Of a stretch of 64,000 nt of DNA, positions 10,128-19,396 are shown piece after piece. This DNA comes from Thermodesulfobacteriota bacterium (lineage in GTDB: Bacteria; Desulfobacterota_D; UBA1144; Nemesobacterales; Nemesobacteraceae), in NCBI GenBank assembly GCA_965243595.1, contig OZ251569.1, positions 2,180,203 through 2,244,202 of the forward strand, in the 5' to 3' direction. A program made the position numbers and the translations under genes. Numbering within the stretch: the first letter of the stretch is position 1; each line of letters opens with the position of its first letter. A model generated the notes under the pieces. That model saw nothing but the letters and a program-made list of their open reading frames with translations, did not search any database and was not told where the DNA came from.

Positions 10128-10150
10128 ACTGTCAAACGATATTGGACAGT
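10128..10150. repeat. rhuM-type palindrome (9-5-9)
   Basis: actgtcaaa-cgata-ttggacagt followed by atcggaccgagggaaaa (compare rhuM ...gttcaaaccgagggcaaa). Confidence 0.75.
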
Positions 10151-10237
10151 ATCGGACCGAGGGAAAATCCTTTCCTTCGGCGGACTCGTGAAATCGCCCG
10201 GCTTCGGGTTTCGCCAAGCTCCCCCGCTTTTCGCCTG

Positions 10238-10262
10238 AACCTGTAAGAATTCCTTACAAGTT
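10238..10262. repeat. rhuM-type palindrome (10-5-10)
   Basis: aacctgtaag-aattc-cttacaagtt; differs from the 8912 copy by a compensatory C/G to T/A pair. Confidence 0.8.
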
Positions 10263-10448
10263 GCCTTTTCCCTCTCGGTCCGGGGTTCCCGACGTCGAAC
10301 CGTCGAAACTCCCGCGATGCCAAAGTTTCGAAACTGTTGAAAGACGGCGGGGTCAGCCGGCGCCATGAACGGGACGCGAGAGCCCGGCGCACCATGATTT
10401 GACTTCAACCGCGAGAACCATATGGTAATTTGCACAAGGAGAAGTACG

Positions 10449-10706
10449 GTGAAAATAGCTGTTGACGAGGCAGAGAGCAAACTGCCCGCCCTGATAAACG
10501 CGGCCATTGCGGGTGAACCGGTAATTCTGACGAGACGCGGCAGACCCGTGGCCGAAATAAAGCCTTTGCCCGAAGCGAAAAAAACCGCCGGGACGCTGGA
10601 GGCGGTCCGAAAAATAGTCGCGGAAGCCAAAAGCAAAGTTCCCGAAGGCCTTTCCGCCGCCACGGCCGACAACTTTCTTTACGACGACACCGGGATGCCT
10701 TCATGA
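10449..10706 (+). CDS. Phd/YefM antitoxin, copy 2
   Basis: VKIAVDEAESKLPALINAAIAGEPVILTRRGRPVAEI. Confidence 0.87.
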   Translation: MKIAVDEAESKLPALINAAIAGEPVILTRRGRPVAEIKPLPEAKKTAGTLEAVRKIVAEAKSKVPEGLSAATADNFLYDDTGMPS

Positions 10707-10765
10707 TCGCGGTCGACACGTCCGCAATCAAAGCTCCAAACATGACTTCCAAGGTGACTTCATGA
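10703..10765 (+). pseudogene. VapC (PIN) toxin stub
   Basis: MIAVDTSAI, stop after 20 codons; loses VapC similarity at the same point as copy 1. Confidence 0.75.
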
Positions 10766-10783
10766 ATAATACGACTATCACGA

Positions 10784-11203
10784 TTGGAACATACTGCGAT
10801 GTTCAGCCGTCGAATCATGAAAAACCGCACATTGACAAAGCTGTCGGTAACCGAGTTGCTGGAAACCGCGGGGAAAGAAAACTGGGACGGTGAAGACGCG
10901 TTGCCCGTAACTCCCGGGACCGTTCAGCTTGCGGAAAGATTCGTACATCTTCTTCCAGAGTTTATCAACCCGCCCCATGTCTGCGCGTCGCCCGTCGAGA
11001 AAATCAACTTCGAGTGGTTCGTGTCGAAAGACGCCATGTTGACCGTAAGCGTATGCCCTTCGGAGGAAATCGCGTTTGCGGGCATTTTCGACGACTCGGA
11101 GATTCATGGAGAAAAATCCTGGGCCGAGGGATATCCGCTGCCGTCTCCCATACCGAGCTGTTTCGACATGCTGCGGAAAAAAGCGGTTTCGGAAACCAGA
11201 TAA
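10784..11203 (+). CDS. Hypothetical protein
   Basis: 139-aa ORF with globular composition (ENWDGEDALPV...INFEW); start uncertain. Confidence 0.6.
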   Translation: MEHTAMFSRRIMKNRTLTKLSVTELLETAGKENWDGEDALPVTPGTVQLAERFVHLLPEFINPPHVCASPVEKINFEWFVSKDAMLTVSVCPSEEIAFAGIFDDSEIHGEKSWAEGYPLPSPIPSCFDMLRKKAVSETR

Positions 11204-11321
11204 TCCATGAATGAAATCGATGAACCGCTCGCGCGATTCGTACCTCGGTCTTTCGCTTCCGATTAAGAAAAGGCTTTACGTCTTCGGACCGGGGACAACA
11301 TGGCGAATCCCCCGCTCATGC

Positions 11322-11346
11322 AACCGTCAAACAATATTTGACAGTT
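11322..11346. repeat. rhuM-type palindrome (10-5-10), 24/25 identical to the one inside rhuM
   Basis: aaccgtcaaa-caata-tttgacagtt versus rhuM coding strand aactgtcaaa-caata-tttgacagtt. Confidence 0.85.
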
Positions 11347-11513
11347 CGAATCGAGAGAAAATCCCTTCCCCCGGCGGACTCTCAAACGCCCGAATTCGGA
11401 TTTCGCCGCCGTCGGAATCCCGTAAAAGCGGCAAAGGGAATCAGCCGCCAGCGGAAATTTTTCGCAACCCCGGGTCAAGAACACAAACCGTAAAGTTCTC
11501 CCCGAGAGGCGGC

Positions 11514-11541
11514 TTGCCGAAAACCGAAAGCCGTATAGAAT
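11514..11541 (+). promoter_or_regulatory. Conserved putative promoter of the NERD-like paralogs
   Basis: TTGCCG-16 nt-TAGAAT with the shared CCGTATAGAATT motif, about 50 nt before ATG 11593. Confidence 0.6.
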
Positions 11542-11592
11542 TCTGCCGCGCCGCGAGACGGCGCAGGGCTTCCCCCCGACAAATCCCGTTCC

Positions 11593-13428
11593 ATGGCAAG
11601 AACCGGAAAATCCCCGAAACGCGCGGAAACCGAAAGGCTTCTGCCGCGCCTTTTCGAAAACACCTTCCTTCGGTACGCGGGCTTTCTCGACCCGCGCAGG
11701 GAAGACGGCCGCAGGCTGTGCGACGCGATGGTCGTTCACCTGGACCACGTCTTCGTTTTTCTCGAAGGCAAAAGCGGAGCCCTGCAGAACGCCGCAGCCA
11801 GGGGCCCGAAAATCCCCGAGTCGGCGTGGCGTCGCTGGAAAAAGGAGGCCGTGGAGAGAAATCTCCGGAAAGCGAGGGTCGCCGGGAACTACGTGAGAAG
11901 CGGGAAACCGGTTTTCCTCGACCGCCGGCGGCGGGAAAGAGCGGCGGTCGATTCCCCGCCCGAGGCGAGGATTCACGCGCTGCTGGCGGTGCGCGGGGCG
12001 GAGAAGGCCCGGGAGAAACGGCCCGGGGACGGCGCGGCCTTCGGCGTCTTTTACGGAAATCAGCGTCCCGGCGGGGGCGAAGACGGGTTTTTCGTGCATC
12101 TCGACGGGAAAAGCCGCGAGCACGTTCTCGACGAGCGAGACCTCGTGATTTTCGAGGAGATGGACTCCGGGGCCGACCTGCTCGCGTTTTTCGCGGAAAA
12201 GGAAAGGGCCGCGGAGCGCCACGGGCGCTTCGAGTGCCGGGGGGAGGAGGAACTTCTGGCCCGCCACCTTCTGGGCCTGCCTTTCGAGACCGGCGACGGG
12301 GACATCTCCCTCTTCGTCCCCGAAGAAGGCGCGTGGCGGACCTTCGTCTCGCAGGGGGGCCGCCACAGGACGGAGAAGATGAGAGAATCCGCCCGCCCGT
12401 GGAACGATCTTCTGGTCAGGGCGCGGAGAAGCTTCGAGCACGGAACGGAATTTTCACAGGTAAACCCATCCAGGGTCGGTCACCCCCTGCGCCTCATGGA
12501 GTCGGAGACGCTGTCCGCCCGCGCGGAACTGGGCGAGAGAATGCGCGAAGCCGAAAGCCGCTTTTCCGAAGACGAGGCGGCGCGGTTCGACGTTCTGGAT
12601 TCCCCGGGCGACCCCCGCACGCTCTACGCCTTTCTGCAGATGAGATTTCCCTCGGACCCGTGGACCGAGGACGGTTACCGCGGGACGCGCGAGCGGGTGC
12701 TCGAGATGCTGTGCGGAGCGCTGAAAATCGCCCGTCCGGACGCCGACCGCGTGATAGGCGTCGTCCGCGAGGCGCCGGGGTCCGCCAACAGGGTCCCCGA
12801 CGACTTCATCCTGCTCGACTGCGCGGGGTGGAACGAGGACGACCACGGCGATTACGGAACGGAGAACCTGCTTCCGGCCTGGAGAACCTTCGTAGAAAAG
12901 TGCCTCTCCGGCGGAGGAAGGTTCGCGGAGATTCCGCCCCGAGGAGAACCGCCGTGGCGCGAGGCGACGATGTTTCCGTTCACCCGGGAGGACGCGACCG
13001 CTTTTCTCAGGGACATGGAGGAGGAAGGCGACCGCCTGCTCGGCTCCGAGCCGCCGGCCCAGGTGGAAGACTGCAGGCTATGGGCGGACCGCGTCCTGCG
13101 CTGTCTCGACGTGATATTCGGGCGGAATCCCGGGAGAAGCTCTCCCCTTGCCGGGAGCAGAGAGGACATCGTCGACTTTTTCGTCGAGGCCGGCAGGGGG
13201 TACGGGACATACAAGGGTCCTTGCGAACGCGACGGGCTGGACAAGATGAGGGAGGAAGTCATGGGCAAGACGATCAGAGTTCGAAGGGAAAAGGCGATGA
13301 CGGAAGCGCTCGGACTTCAGATGGAATGCGTCGCGCGGGCGCTGGGACTGCTGGACCCGCGGGATGTCCCGCCCGAAACGCGGACGGGAGACGGAGAGGA
13401 AGAAAGACCCGCGGCGTACCGCCCCTAG
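11593..13428 (+). CDS. NERD/PD-(D/E)xK-like family protein, paralog 1
   Basis: 611 aa; LFENTFL..RLCDAMVV..VFVFLEGKS, EEMDS..DLL..EKE, GEEELLA, YAFLQ, VIGV..PDDFILLD, all shared with the other paralogs; extra C-terminal FPFTREDA domain. Confidence 0.75.
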   Translation: MARTGKSPKRAETERLLPRLFENTFLRYAGFLDPRREDGRRLCDAMVVHLDHVFVFLEGKSGALQNAAARGPKIPESAWRRWKKEAVERNLRKARVAGNYVRSGKPVFLDRRRRERAAVDSPPEARIHALLAVRGAEKAREKRPGDGAAFGVFYGNQRPGGGEDGFFVHLDGKSREHVLDERDLVIFEEMDSGADLLAFFAEKERAAERHGRFECRGEEELLARHLLGLPFETGDGDISLFVPEEGAWRTFVSQGGRHRTEKMRESARPWNDLLVRARRSFEHGTEFSQVNPSRVGHPLRLMESETLSARAELGERMREAESRFSEDEAARFDVLDSPGDPRTLYAFLQMRFPSDPWTEDGYRGTRERVLEMLCGALKIARPDADRVIGVVREAPGSANRVPDDFILLDCAGWNEDDHGDYGTENLLPAWRTFVEKCLSGGGRFAEIPPRGEPPWREATMFPFTREDATAFLRDMEEEGDRLLGSEPPAQVEDCRLWADRVLRCLDVIFGRNPGRSSPLAGSREDIVDFFVEAGRGYGTYKGPCERDGLDKMREEVMGKTIRVRREKAMTEALGLQMECVARALGLLDPRDVPPETRTGDGEEERPAAYRP

Positions 13429-13594
13429 CCGCCGGCCGAAGAAGTTTCGGACAGGACACATCCTTGTCCGATGCCTTTTTCGTCCAGCCGGCCGTCAGAA
13501 GACGTTCCGACGTCTTCTTCGTCAAAACGCTCCTCTCTCTCCCGAGCAAGGGAGCGACGACTTTTTCATGAAACCGCGCCACGACGCTTTCCCG

Positions 13595-13629
13595 TCGGCA
13601 ACCGTCAAACGGTATTTGACAGTTGCCGA
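13595..13629. repeat. rhuM-type palindrome (15-5-15, one mismatch)
   Basis: tcggcaaccgtcaaa-cggta-tttgacagttgccga; reads SATVKRYLTVA on + and SATVKYRLTVADGK on -. Confidence 0.85.
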
Positions 13630-13925
13630 GAGAAAACACTTCTTCCGTCGGACCATCGGAACCACCCGACTTCGGACTTCGGCAAGTCCTCTCGCTTCCG
13701 GCTCGAACCTGAAACCGCGCAAGAATTCCCCGCAAGTTGATTTCTCCGTTCAATCCGGATTTTCAGGATCAGACCTCGGCGGTCGCAAAGAAATTCCTTA
13801 CGGCCGCCGGATTCAGCTCCGGCGGCAATCCCTCAGGGTAAAACGAAGATGATTACCACCCTCCATCTGCACCGAGGAAATCCCCGCGAGGGTCTCCTCC
13901 GCCCCGAAAATTCCCCGAAGCCCCG

Positions 13926-13954
13926 TTTACCGGGAACCGAAATCCGTATAGAAT
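13926..13954 (+). promoter_or_regulatory. Conserved putative promoter of the NERD-like paralogs
   Basis: TTTACC-17 nt-TAGAAT with CCGTATAGAATT. Confidence 0.55.
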
Positions 13955-14063
13955 TTCCCGACGGCGGACAGACTCCCCGAAGCCCGGGGGCGCGAAGTCC
14001 GATGACGAGAACCGCGGAACGTCCGGTTCCGGACATCCGCCGGAGCGAGACGCCAGGAGGACG

Positions 14064-15797
14064 ATGACCGATTCCCGAAATATCCCGCTGCTCGGCGAGC
14101 TTCTGGAAAACTCCTTTCTCGAGTACTGGGGCTACCGCCCTCTCGGAGCGGATGGAAACCCGCTCTGCGACCTCGCGACCGCGTTTTCCGGCCGCCTGCT
14201 CCTTTTCGCGGAAATCGAGCCGCCTCCCGCCGCCGCGGAGAGTTCCTCGGCGCTGCGCGCGGCGACGCGGCGGTGGAAGGAGGAGATTCTCGACCCCGCC
14301 CTGGAAGGACTCAAACTCGCGGGAGACCGCGTCGTGGGCGGCGAGGCGTTCTGCAGGGACTACCCGGACCGGATGATGCTCCCCGCGGAGCGTCTGGCGG
14401 AGGAAAACGCGAGCGTTCACAGGTTCGCGGTCGCGCGGGGGGAACTCCGTGCCGAGAACGCGGGCGTCGAGTTTTCGGTTTCCTACGGGGACCCCGGACG
14501 CGGGGACGACGGAGCTTTGGTGCGGCTCGACGGAAACGACCCCGCCCACCTGCTCCTGGGGGGCGGCGTTTTCGCGCACCTGGACACACTGGCCGATTTT
14601 CTCTGCTATGTCCAGGCAAAAGAAGACGCCGCGAAAAGACACGAACTTCTGGCCTACGGGGCGGAAGAAGACTTCCTCGCCCTGTACCTCGGGGGCGGCG
14701 TCACGCCCTCGGAATCCGAAGACAGGGAGCGAGGTTCCCTGACGGCGCGGGCGGGACTCTGGGAAGAGTTTCGCGAATCGCCCGTTTTCCGAAGACTCCT
14801 GGAGAACCGCGAGAATTCCCGCTTCTGGGACGAACTTGAGCGTGCGGCGCGGCAGACTTTTCCGGATCACGGAGCCGCCGTCTGTCCCGAGAGAATCAGG
14901 GACCCGGCGGACTTCATAGCCTTCGCGCCGCGCGCGGAACGCGCAGCGCTCTCGCTCGAAATGATCGAGGATCAGGCCCGATTCGCAAGAGAAGGCTCGG
15001 CGGTCGAATTCAGCGTCATGCGTTCCGGGTTCTACGAGAGGATGTGCTACGCGTTTCTCCTGACCAGGCCTCCCGAAGGACGTCCGAACGGCAAAGAGCA
15101 CGCGATGCTTCGGAGGGAAAAGCTCGAGATGGCCTGCGGGGTGGCGAAAAACAGGATTCCGGAGACCGACGCCGTGATAGGCATAGCGAGGGAAGCGCCG
15201 GGCCCCCGGGCGGTCGCTCCCGCCAGCGACGAGTTCATCCTTTTCATCTGCGCGCTGTGGGGAGAGCGGGAAAGGGTCCTGTACGACGAGGAACTTCTGG
15301 GAGGAGAGTTTCTCCCCGGCGACGAAGATCCCGTCCTCGAGCATGCAGAACTGGCGGAGAGGATGACGCGGGAGCTTTTTCCCGTGACGAAGCGCGAGGC
15401 GCTGGTCTTTCTGGACGCCATGGCGGGGGAGGGAAAACGGCTGCTTTCGGAAAGAGGCGAGGACCCCGCGGGAGAGAGAAAGGAATGGGCCGCGACCGCC
15501 GGAGGATACCTCGAGACGGTTTTCGGAGTTTCTCCCGGCTCCCGCGCCCTTGCGAAAGGGGGAAGCGCGATACCGGCCGGTTTCGCGGAACTTACCGGAA
15601 AATACGACCTCGCGGACTCCGTCCCCGCGCCCGACGCCGTCCCGGGAACGGAAACCGATGCGACGCTCGCGGCCCAGATAGAAATTCTCGGCAGGACGAT
15701 GAGGATGATCGGCGAGGGGAAGAAGACGAAAAGGCGGAAAACGAGGAAGCCCAGACCCAAAAGACCGAAGAGGAAGAAAAAATCGAAAAGAAGATAG
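14064..15797 (+). CDS. NERD-like family protein, paralog 2, with Lys/Arg-rich tail
   Basis: 577 aa; LLENSFL..PLCDL, HLDTLADF..KE, YGAEEDFLALYL, LEMACG, VIGIARE, DEFILF; tail KTKRRKTRKPRPKRPKRKKKSKRR. Confidence 0.75.
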   Translation: MTDSRNIPLLGELLENSFLEYWGYRPLGADGNPLCDLATAFSGRLLLFAEIEPPPAAAESSSALRAATRRWKEEILDPALEGLKLAGDRVVGGEAFCRDYPDRMMLPAERLAEENASVHRFAVARGELRAENAGVEFSVSYGDPGRGDDGALVRLDGNDPAHLLLGGGVFAHLDTLADFLCYVQAKEDAAKRHELLAYGAEEDFLALYLGGGVTPSESEDRERGSLTARAGLWEEFRESPVFRRLLENRENSRFWDELERAARQTFPDHGAAVCPERIRDPADFIAFAPRAERAALSLEMIEDQARFAREGSAVEFSVMRSGFYERMCYAFLLTRPPEGRPNGKEHAMLRREKLEMACGVAKNRIPETDAVIGIAREAPGPRAVAPASDEFILFICALWGERERVLYDEELLGGEFLPGDEDPVLEHAELAERMTRELFPVTKREALVFLDAMAGEGKRLLSERGEDPAGERKEWAATAGGYLETVFGVSPGSRALAKGGSAIPAGFAELTGKYDLADSVPAPDAVPGTETDATLAAQIEILGRTMRMIGEGKKTKRRKTRKPRPKRPKRKKKSKRR

Positions 15798-15915
15798 CGG
15801 CCGAGCCCGACGCGGTCGCGGGGCGGGAACGGCGCGGCGAAGCAACGCTCATCAAGAAAACGCAGGGAAAAAACCGCGGCGGAGACATTGAAGATGCCCG
15901 CGCGGAATCCGGACG

Positions 15916-18900
15916 CTATCCGACATCGGGAGGAAGCGGATAGCCCGCGCCGCCGAGCCGCGCCAGCATCTCCCGCCTTTCCCTATCCGCCACGGACCCC
16001 GAGGAGACGAGCGTTTCCAAAACGTCGAGAGTCGAAAACGCGCGCGCAGAAGAACCGCCCTCCCCCACTCTCCCCTTCCGAATGAAGAACCCGTCGTCGG
16101 TCGCCACCGCGTCGCAGACGTCCGAAAGAGCGAGGAGAACCGCGGGAGAATGTCCGAAAGGCGAACCGGCGGCGGCGGGAGAAGCGACCGTCTTTATCCT
16201 TCCCGACCGAATGCGGGAACCGAGAGCCAGGCGCAGGCGCTTCGCCACGCCGACGACCTCGCCGGAGAGTTCTTCGCGCCGAACCGCCGCCCGGGCCCGC
16301 GACACGGTCTCCCGAGAAACCGCGGCCGAGAGCCCCGCGGAGCGAATCTCCCCGAGAATCCCGAGGCGGGCGAGAACCGCCGCGGAGGAGGAGTCGAGGT
16401 AGAGCGAGGCGCCGTCCTCGATCGGAGACCCTTCGGGCAGCGGAGTCTCGAAAAGCCCCAGGCGGTCGAGCGCCCCGCGTTCGGCGGCCGCCGAAAGACA
16501 TCCTTTTTCCCGAAGCTTTCTCACCACCGGGGCGCAGCCGACCAGCGGTCCCGCGCAACCGGAGACGTCCTCCGACACTCCCGCGAGAAAGCCGTCCCCG
16601 CGCGCGGGCGGAGCCGCGCGCACCACCACGCCGTCTCCCCGTCTTTTCGCCTCCGCCGCGAGGGCGGCAAAATCCGCTTCGGGTTCCGCGGACGGGCAGT
16701 CGCCGGAATCCGGACCGCGGTCCAGGACCTCGAGCGCTCCGTCTTCCAGCAGTTCCAGCAGCGCGGCCGCGTCTTTCGCCGCGCCGCGGGCGTGATAATC
16801 GACTCTCCGTCTCTCCTCGAAGAGCCACTCGAGGGTCGAACGCGGAACCCTCGCCTCGCCGAAGGCGGAAAGCGCCCTGTCCTCGAGGCCGAGAAAGCCG
16901 AGCGTGACGAGAGCCGTGGCGTCGAATCCCGCCACGGCGTCCGCAGGGACGGCCTCTGGCGGCCGGGAGAATCCCGGGTCGGGCATCGGGATTTTCCGAA
17001 GAGGGTCTTTTTCCGAGAGGTTCGAAAACGCGGGGAAAAGCGCGAGCTCGAAAAGGGATTTCCCGAGAAAGCGCGCCGCGTGAAACACGGGCGCGTCTCC
17101 CCGAAGGAGCCCGCGCGCAACCTCCGACCGGGCGCGGGCACCCGGCTCTCCTCCCTCCCCGAAACAGGACGGTCCGAGCGGCAGCTCTCCGAGCTTCGCG
17201 GCGGAGGCGGAAAGCTCCCGAAACCGCGGGTCGTCTTCCCATCCGGCGTCGGAAGCGGCCGCCCGAAAGGCGAAAACGGCGTCCCTGGCCGCCGAGGAAA
17301 TCTCCCCGGCCCCGGGGAGTCCCAGCCGCCCGCAGATCTCCGCCAGGGCAGAAAGTTCCCCGGCGCACGCGGAGGCCCGGGGCAGGTACTCGTCCGCAGA
17401 GGCGGCGGAGAGTTCCCCGTCGTCGCCCGAGCAGACCGCGAGGCGGATTCTCATGTCGCGGCTCTCCGGGTCGTCCGCGCCCGCGCCGTCCTTTTCAAGC
17501 TCCGCGCGAAGCTCCGGGAGTTCGCCCCGCAGGTAAAGGGCCCGGAGACAGAGCTTTCGGAGTTCCTCCGATCTTCCGAGCAGTTCCCCGTTGTCTCCGG
17601 CGAATTCGACCAGGCGTTCGTGCTCCCCCGCGCGCCCGAGAGCGCGGGCGAATCTCTCCGCGGCCGCGACGGAACGCCCACGCTCGAAAAACTCGCGGGC
17701 CGGTTCGACAAGCTCCTCCCACCTGCCCTCGGCCTCGAGCCTCTCGGCGAGCCGCGAGGAACCGAAAAGAGGGTCCGTTCCGTCCCCTTCCTCCGCGTCC
17801 CCGCCCCGGGCGGAGGCGACGAGAGCCGACAGCTCCGCGAAAGCCGCGCCGGAAAGTCCCTCCGCGCGGAGTTCCCGAAGAAGTTCTCCCGCCCTCTCGC
17901 AAAGCTTCGCCCGCGGCGGCATCGCCGTCGCCCCCGCCCCGGGGACCAGGTTCGCGAACACGAGCGCGAGGCGCGCGCAGGCGGCATCCCGGGAAATCTC
18001 TCCCGAAAGCGCCGCGCGGAACTCCGTTTCCCGAAGGACGGCCGCGGGATCGACGCCGATTCCGCGGCGGACGGCGAGCGGAACCAGGTGGAGAGCGGGG
18101 CGGGGGCCGCGGAGCCTTTCCGCGAGTCTTCGCGAGTCGCCCCCCGGACCCGTCGCGAGCCAGAGCGCGTACCGCTCGCATTTTTTCTCAAGACCGAAAC
18201 AGCCCGCCTCTCTCGCGAGCGGGCCCGCGTTCTCGAAGTGTCCGAGAGCCGCGCGGAGATCTTCGTCCGCCTCCCCTTCCAGATGAAACTCCTCGGAGTA
18301 AAACGGCGGGCGGCCGCGGAGGAGACCGCGAAGCTCCTCCGGCACGGCCGGAAGCAGTCGGGCGAGGGCGATCTCGAAATGAAGGGCGGGGGTCCGCTCC
18401 AGGTCCCGCTCCGATATCCCGCCCGCTATCACCGGGGCGGAGTCCCAGCGGCCGAGATCGAGCTGGCTTCGAAGAAGCAGGTACCTGCCGTCGGAGTCGA
18501 AATCCCCGGCGTCAAGTCCCGCTCTCCCGGCCCAGGCGACCGCCCTTTCCGCGCCCCGCCGAAATTCCGCTTCAAGGGCCGCGGAGCGCGCCGCGGGAGA
18601 GTCCATGTCCACGAGGGCGCGAAGCGCGTCCCCGGCGCCGCCCTCGAGACACAGGACGAAAGCGGCCGGGATTTCCACGTCCCCGGAAGGTTCCAGTTCC
18701 CTGGCCGCCTCGACCCACCTTCGGGCTTCCCGCGGGTCCCCGCCCGGAAAAGCCGCCCTGGCGCACACGCCCAGCGCGCGGCTCCGCAAGGCGGCGGAAC
18801 CGCCCGCCAGGTCGCCTTCCAGGATCCTTCCGGCAAGCTCCGCGGCGCGGCGAGGGGCATCGAACTCCGGGAAAAACCGGAACTTTCCGATCGCATCCGC

Positions 18901-19251
18901 CCGTCTTTCCGTTTCCCGGTCGCGGAGCGCCCGGCGAAGCTCCCCCGGAATTTCCGCGGAGGGCCGCGCATCGAGTTCCCGCTTCCACCGCATAAGCTCC
19001 CCCGGCGCGAGGGAGCCGCTTCCCGCCTCCCCGCCGCAGGCGGGACAGAGCAGAACGAGGCTTTCGGCGGATTCGGGATTTTCCCGGGCAAATTCCCGCC
19101 CTTCCCCCGAAGTCCCGGCGACGGCGACCGCCTCGCCGACGAAACCGGAGGAAGGCTCGAAAAGAACGGTCCCGCACCCCGGTTTCGCGCAGAGTCCCCC
19201 GCTTTCGGCAAACAGCCTCTCGTACGTCTCGATGGAAACGTCGTTTCTCAT
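15916..19251 (-). CDS. Large protein: degenerate HNH-like zinc-finger N-terminus, helical repeats, PIN-like C-terminus
   Basis: 1111 aa; LFAESGGLCAKPGC...VGEAVAV...ESLVLLCPAC resembles HNH domains (GxCAxPxC...EIAHI...NLILLCxxH) without the His/Asn; FDATALVTLGFLGL, LYLDSS and ATDDGFF resemble TPR-associated PIN domains. Confidence 0.6.
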   Translation of the reverse strand: MRNDVSIETYERLFAESGGLCAKPGCGTVLFEPSSGFVGEAVAVAGTSGEGREFARENPESAESLVLLCPACGGEAGSGSLAPGELMRWKRELDARPSAEIPGELRRALRDRETERRADAIGKFRFFPEFDAPRRAAELAGRILEGDLAGGSAALRSRALGVCARAAFPGGDPREARRWVEAARELEPSGDVEIPAAFVLCLEGGAGDALRALVDMDSPAARSAALEAEFRRGAERAVAWAGRAGLDAGDFDSDGRYLLLRSQLDLGRWDSAPVIAGGISERDLERTPALHFEIALARLLPAVPEELRGLLRGRPPFYSEEFHLEGEADEDLRAALGHFENAGPLAREAGCFGLEKKCERYALWLATGPGGDSRRLAERLRGPRPALHLVPLAVRRGIGVDPAAVLRETEFRAALSGEISRDAACARLALVFANLVPGAGATAMPPRAKLCERAGELLRELRAEGLSGAAFAELSALVASARGGDAEEGDGTDPLFGSSRLAERLEAEGRWEELVEPAREFFERGRSVAAAERFARALGRAGEHERLVEFAGDNGELLGRSEELRKLCLRALYLRGELPELRAELEKDGAGADDPESRDMRIRLAVCSGDDGELSAASADEYLPRASACAGELSALAEICGRLGLPGAGEISSAARDAVFAFRAAASDAGWEDDPRFRELSASAAKLGELPLGPSCFGEGGEPGARARSEVARGLLRGDAPVFHAARFLGKSLFELALFPAFSNLSEKDPLRKIPMPDPGFSRPPEAVPADAVAGFDATALVTLGFLGLEDRALSAFGEARVPRSTLEWLFEERRRVDYHARGAAKDAAALLELLEDGALEVLDRGPDSGDCPSAEPEADFAALAAEAKRRGDGVVVRAAPPARGDGFLAGVSEDVSGCAGPLVGCAPVVRKLREKGCLSAAAERGALDRLGLFETPLPEGSPIEDGASLYLDSSSAAVLARLGILGEIRSAGLSAAVSRETVSRARAAVRREELSGEVVGVAKRLRLALGSRIRSGRIKTVASPAAAGSPFGHSPAVLLALSDVCDAVATDDGFFIRKGRVGEGGSSARAFSTLDVLETLVSSGSVADRERREMLARLGGAGYPLPPDVG

Positions 19252-19335
19252 TCCCGCGCTCCCCGTCCCTCCGGCCGGGAATTATACCACGCGGGGCGTG
19301 GACGCGACGCGGCGAAGGTCCAGGAGAGCCCCCGC

Positions 19336-19373
19336 TTGCCGTAATTCCCAACCCGTATAGAATTACCGGCAAA
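19336..19373 (+). promoter_or_regulatory. Conserved putative promoter overlapped by an imperfect inverted repeat
   Basis: TTGCCG-16-TAGAAT; ttgccgtaattc ... gaattaccggcaa; lies in the divergent intergenic region 19252-19396. Confidence 0.6.
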
Positions 19374-19396
19374 GTCCCCACTATGGAAAAATCCCC

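Larger units (their letters stand above)
10180..10769 (+). repeat. ~580-bp direct repeat, copy 2
   Basis: Near-identical to 8855-9432. Confidence 0.92.

Noticed and set aside
8824-13810. Palindromic repeats as a CRISPR array
   Set aside because: Irregular spacing (about 0.1-2.3 kb), varying sequence and orientation, and no cas genes.
16150-19344. 1064-aa + strand ORF and many other long Arg/Pro/Gly-rich ORFs in 11-38 kb (e.g. 11211-13571, 31666-34776)
   Set aside because: Off-frame or antisense shadows expected at very high GC; the overlapping frames carry the recognisable motifs.
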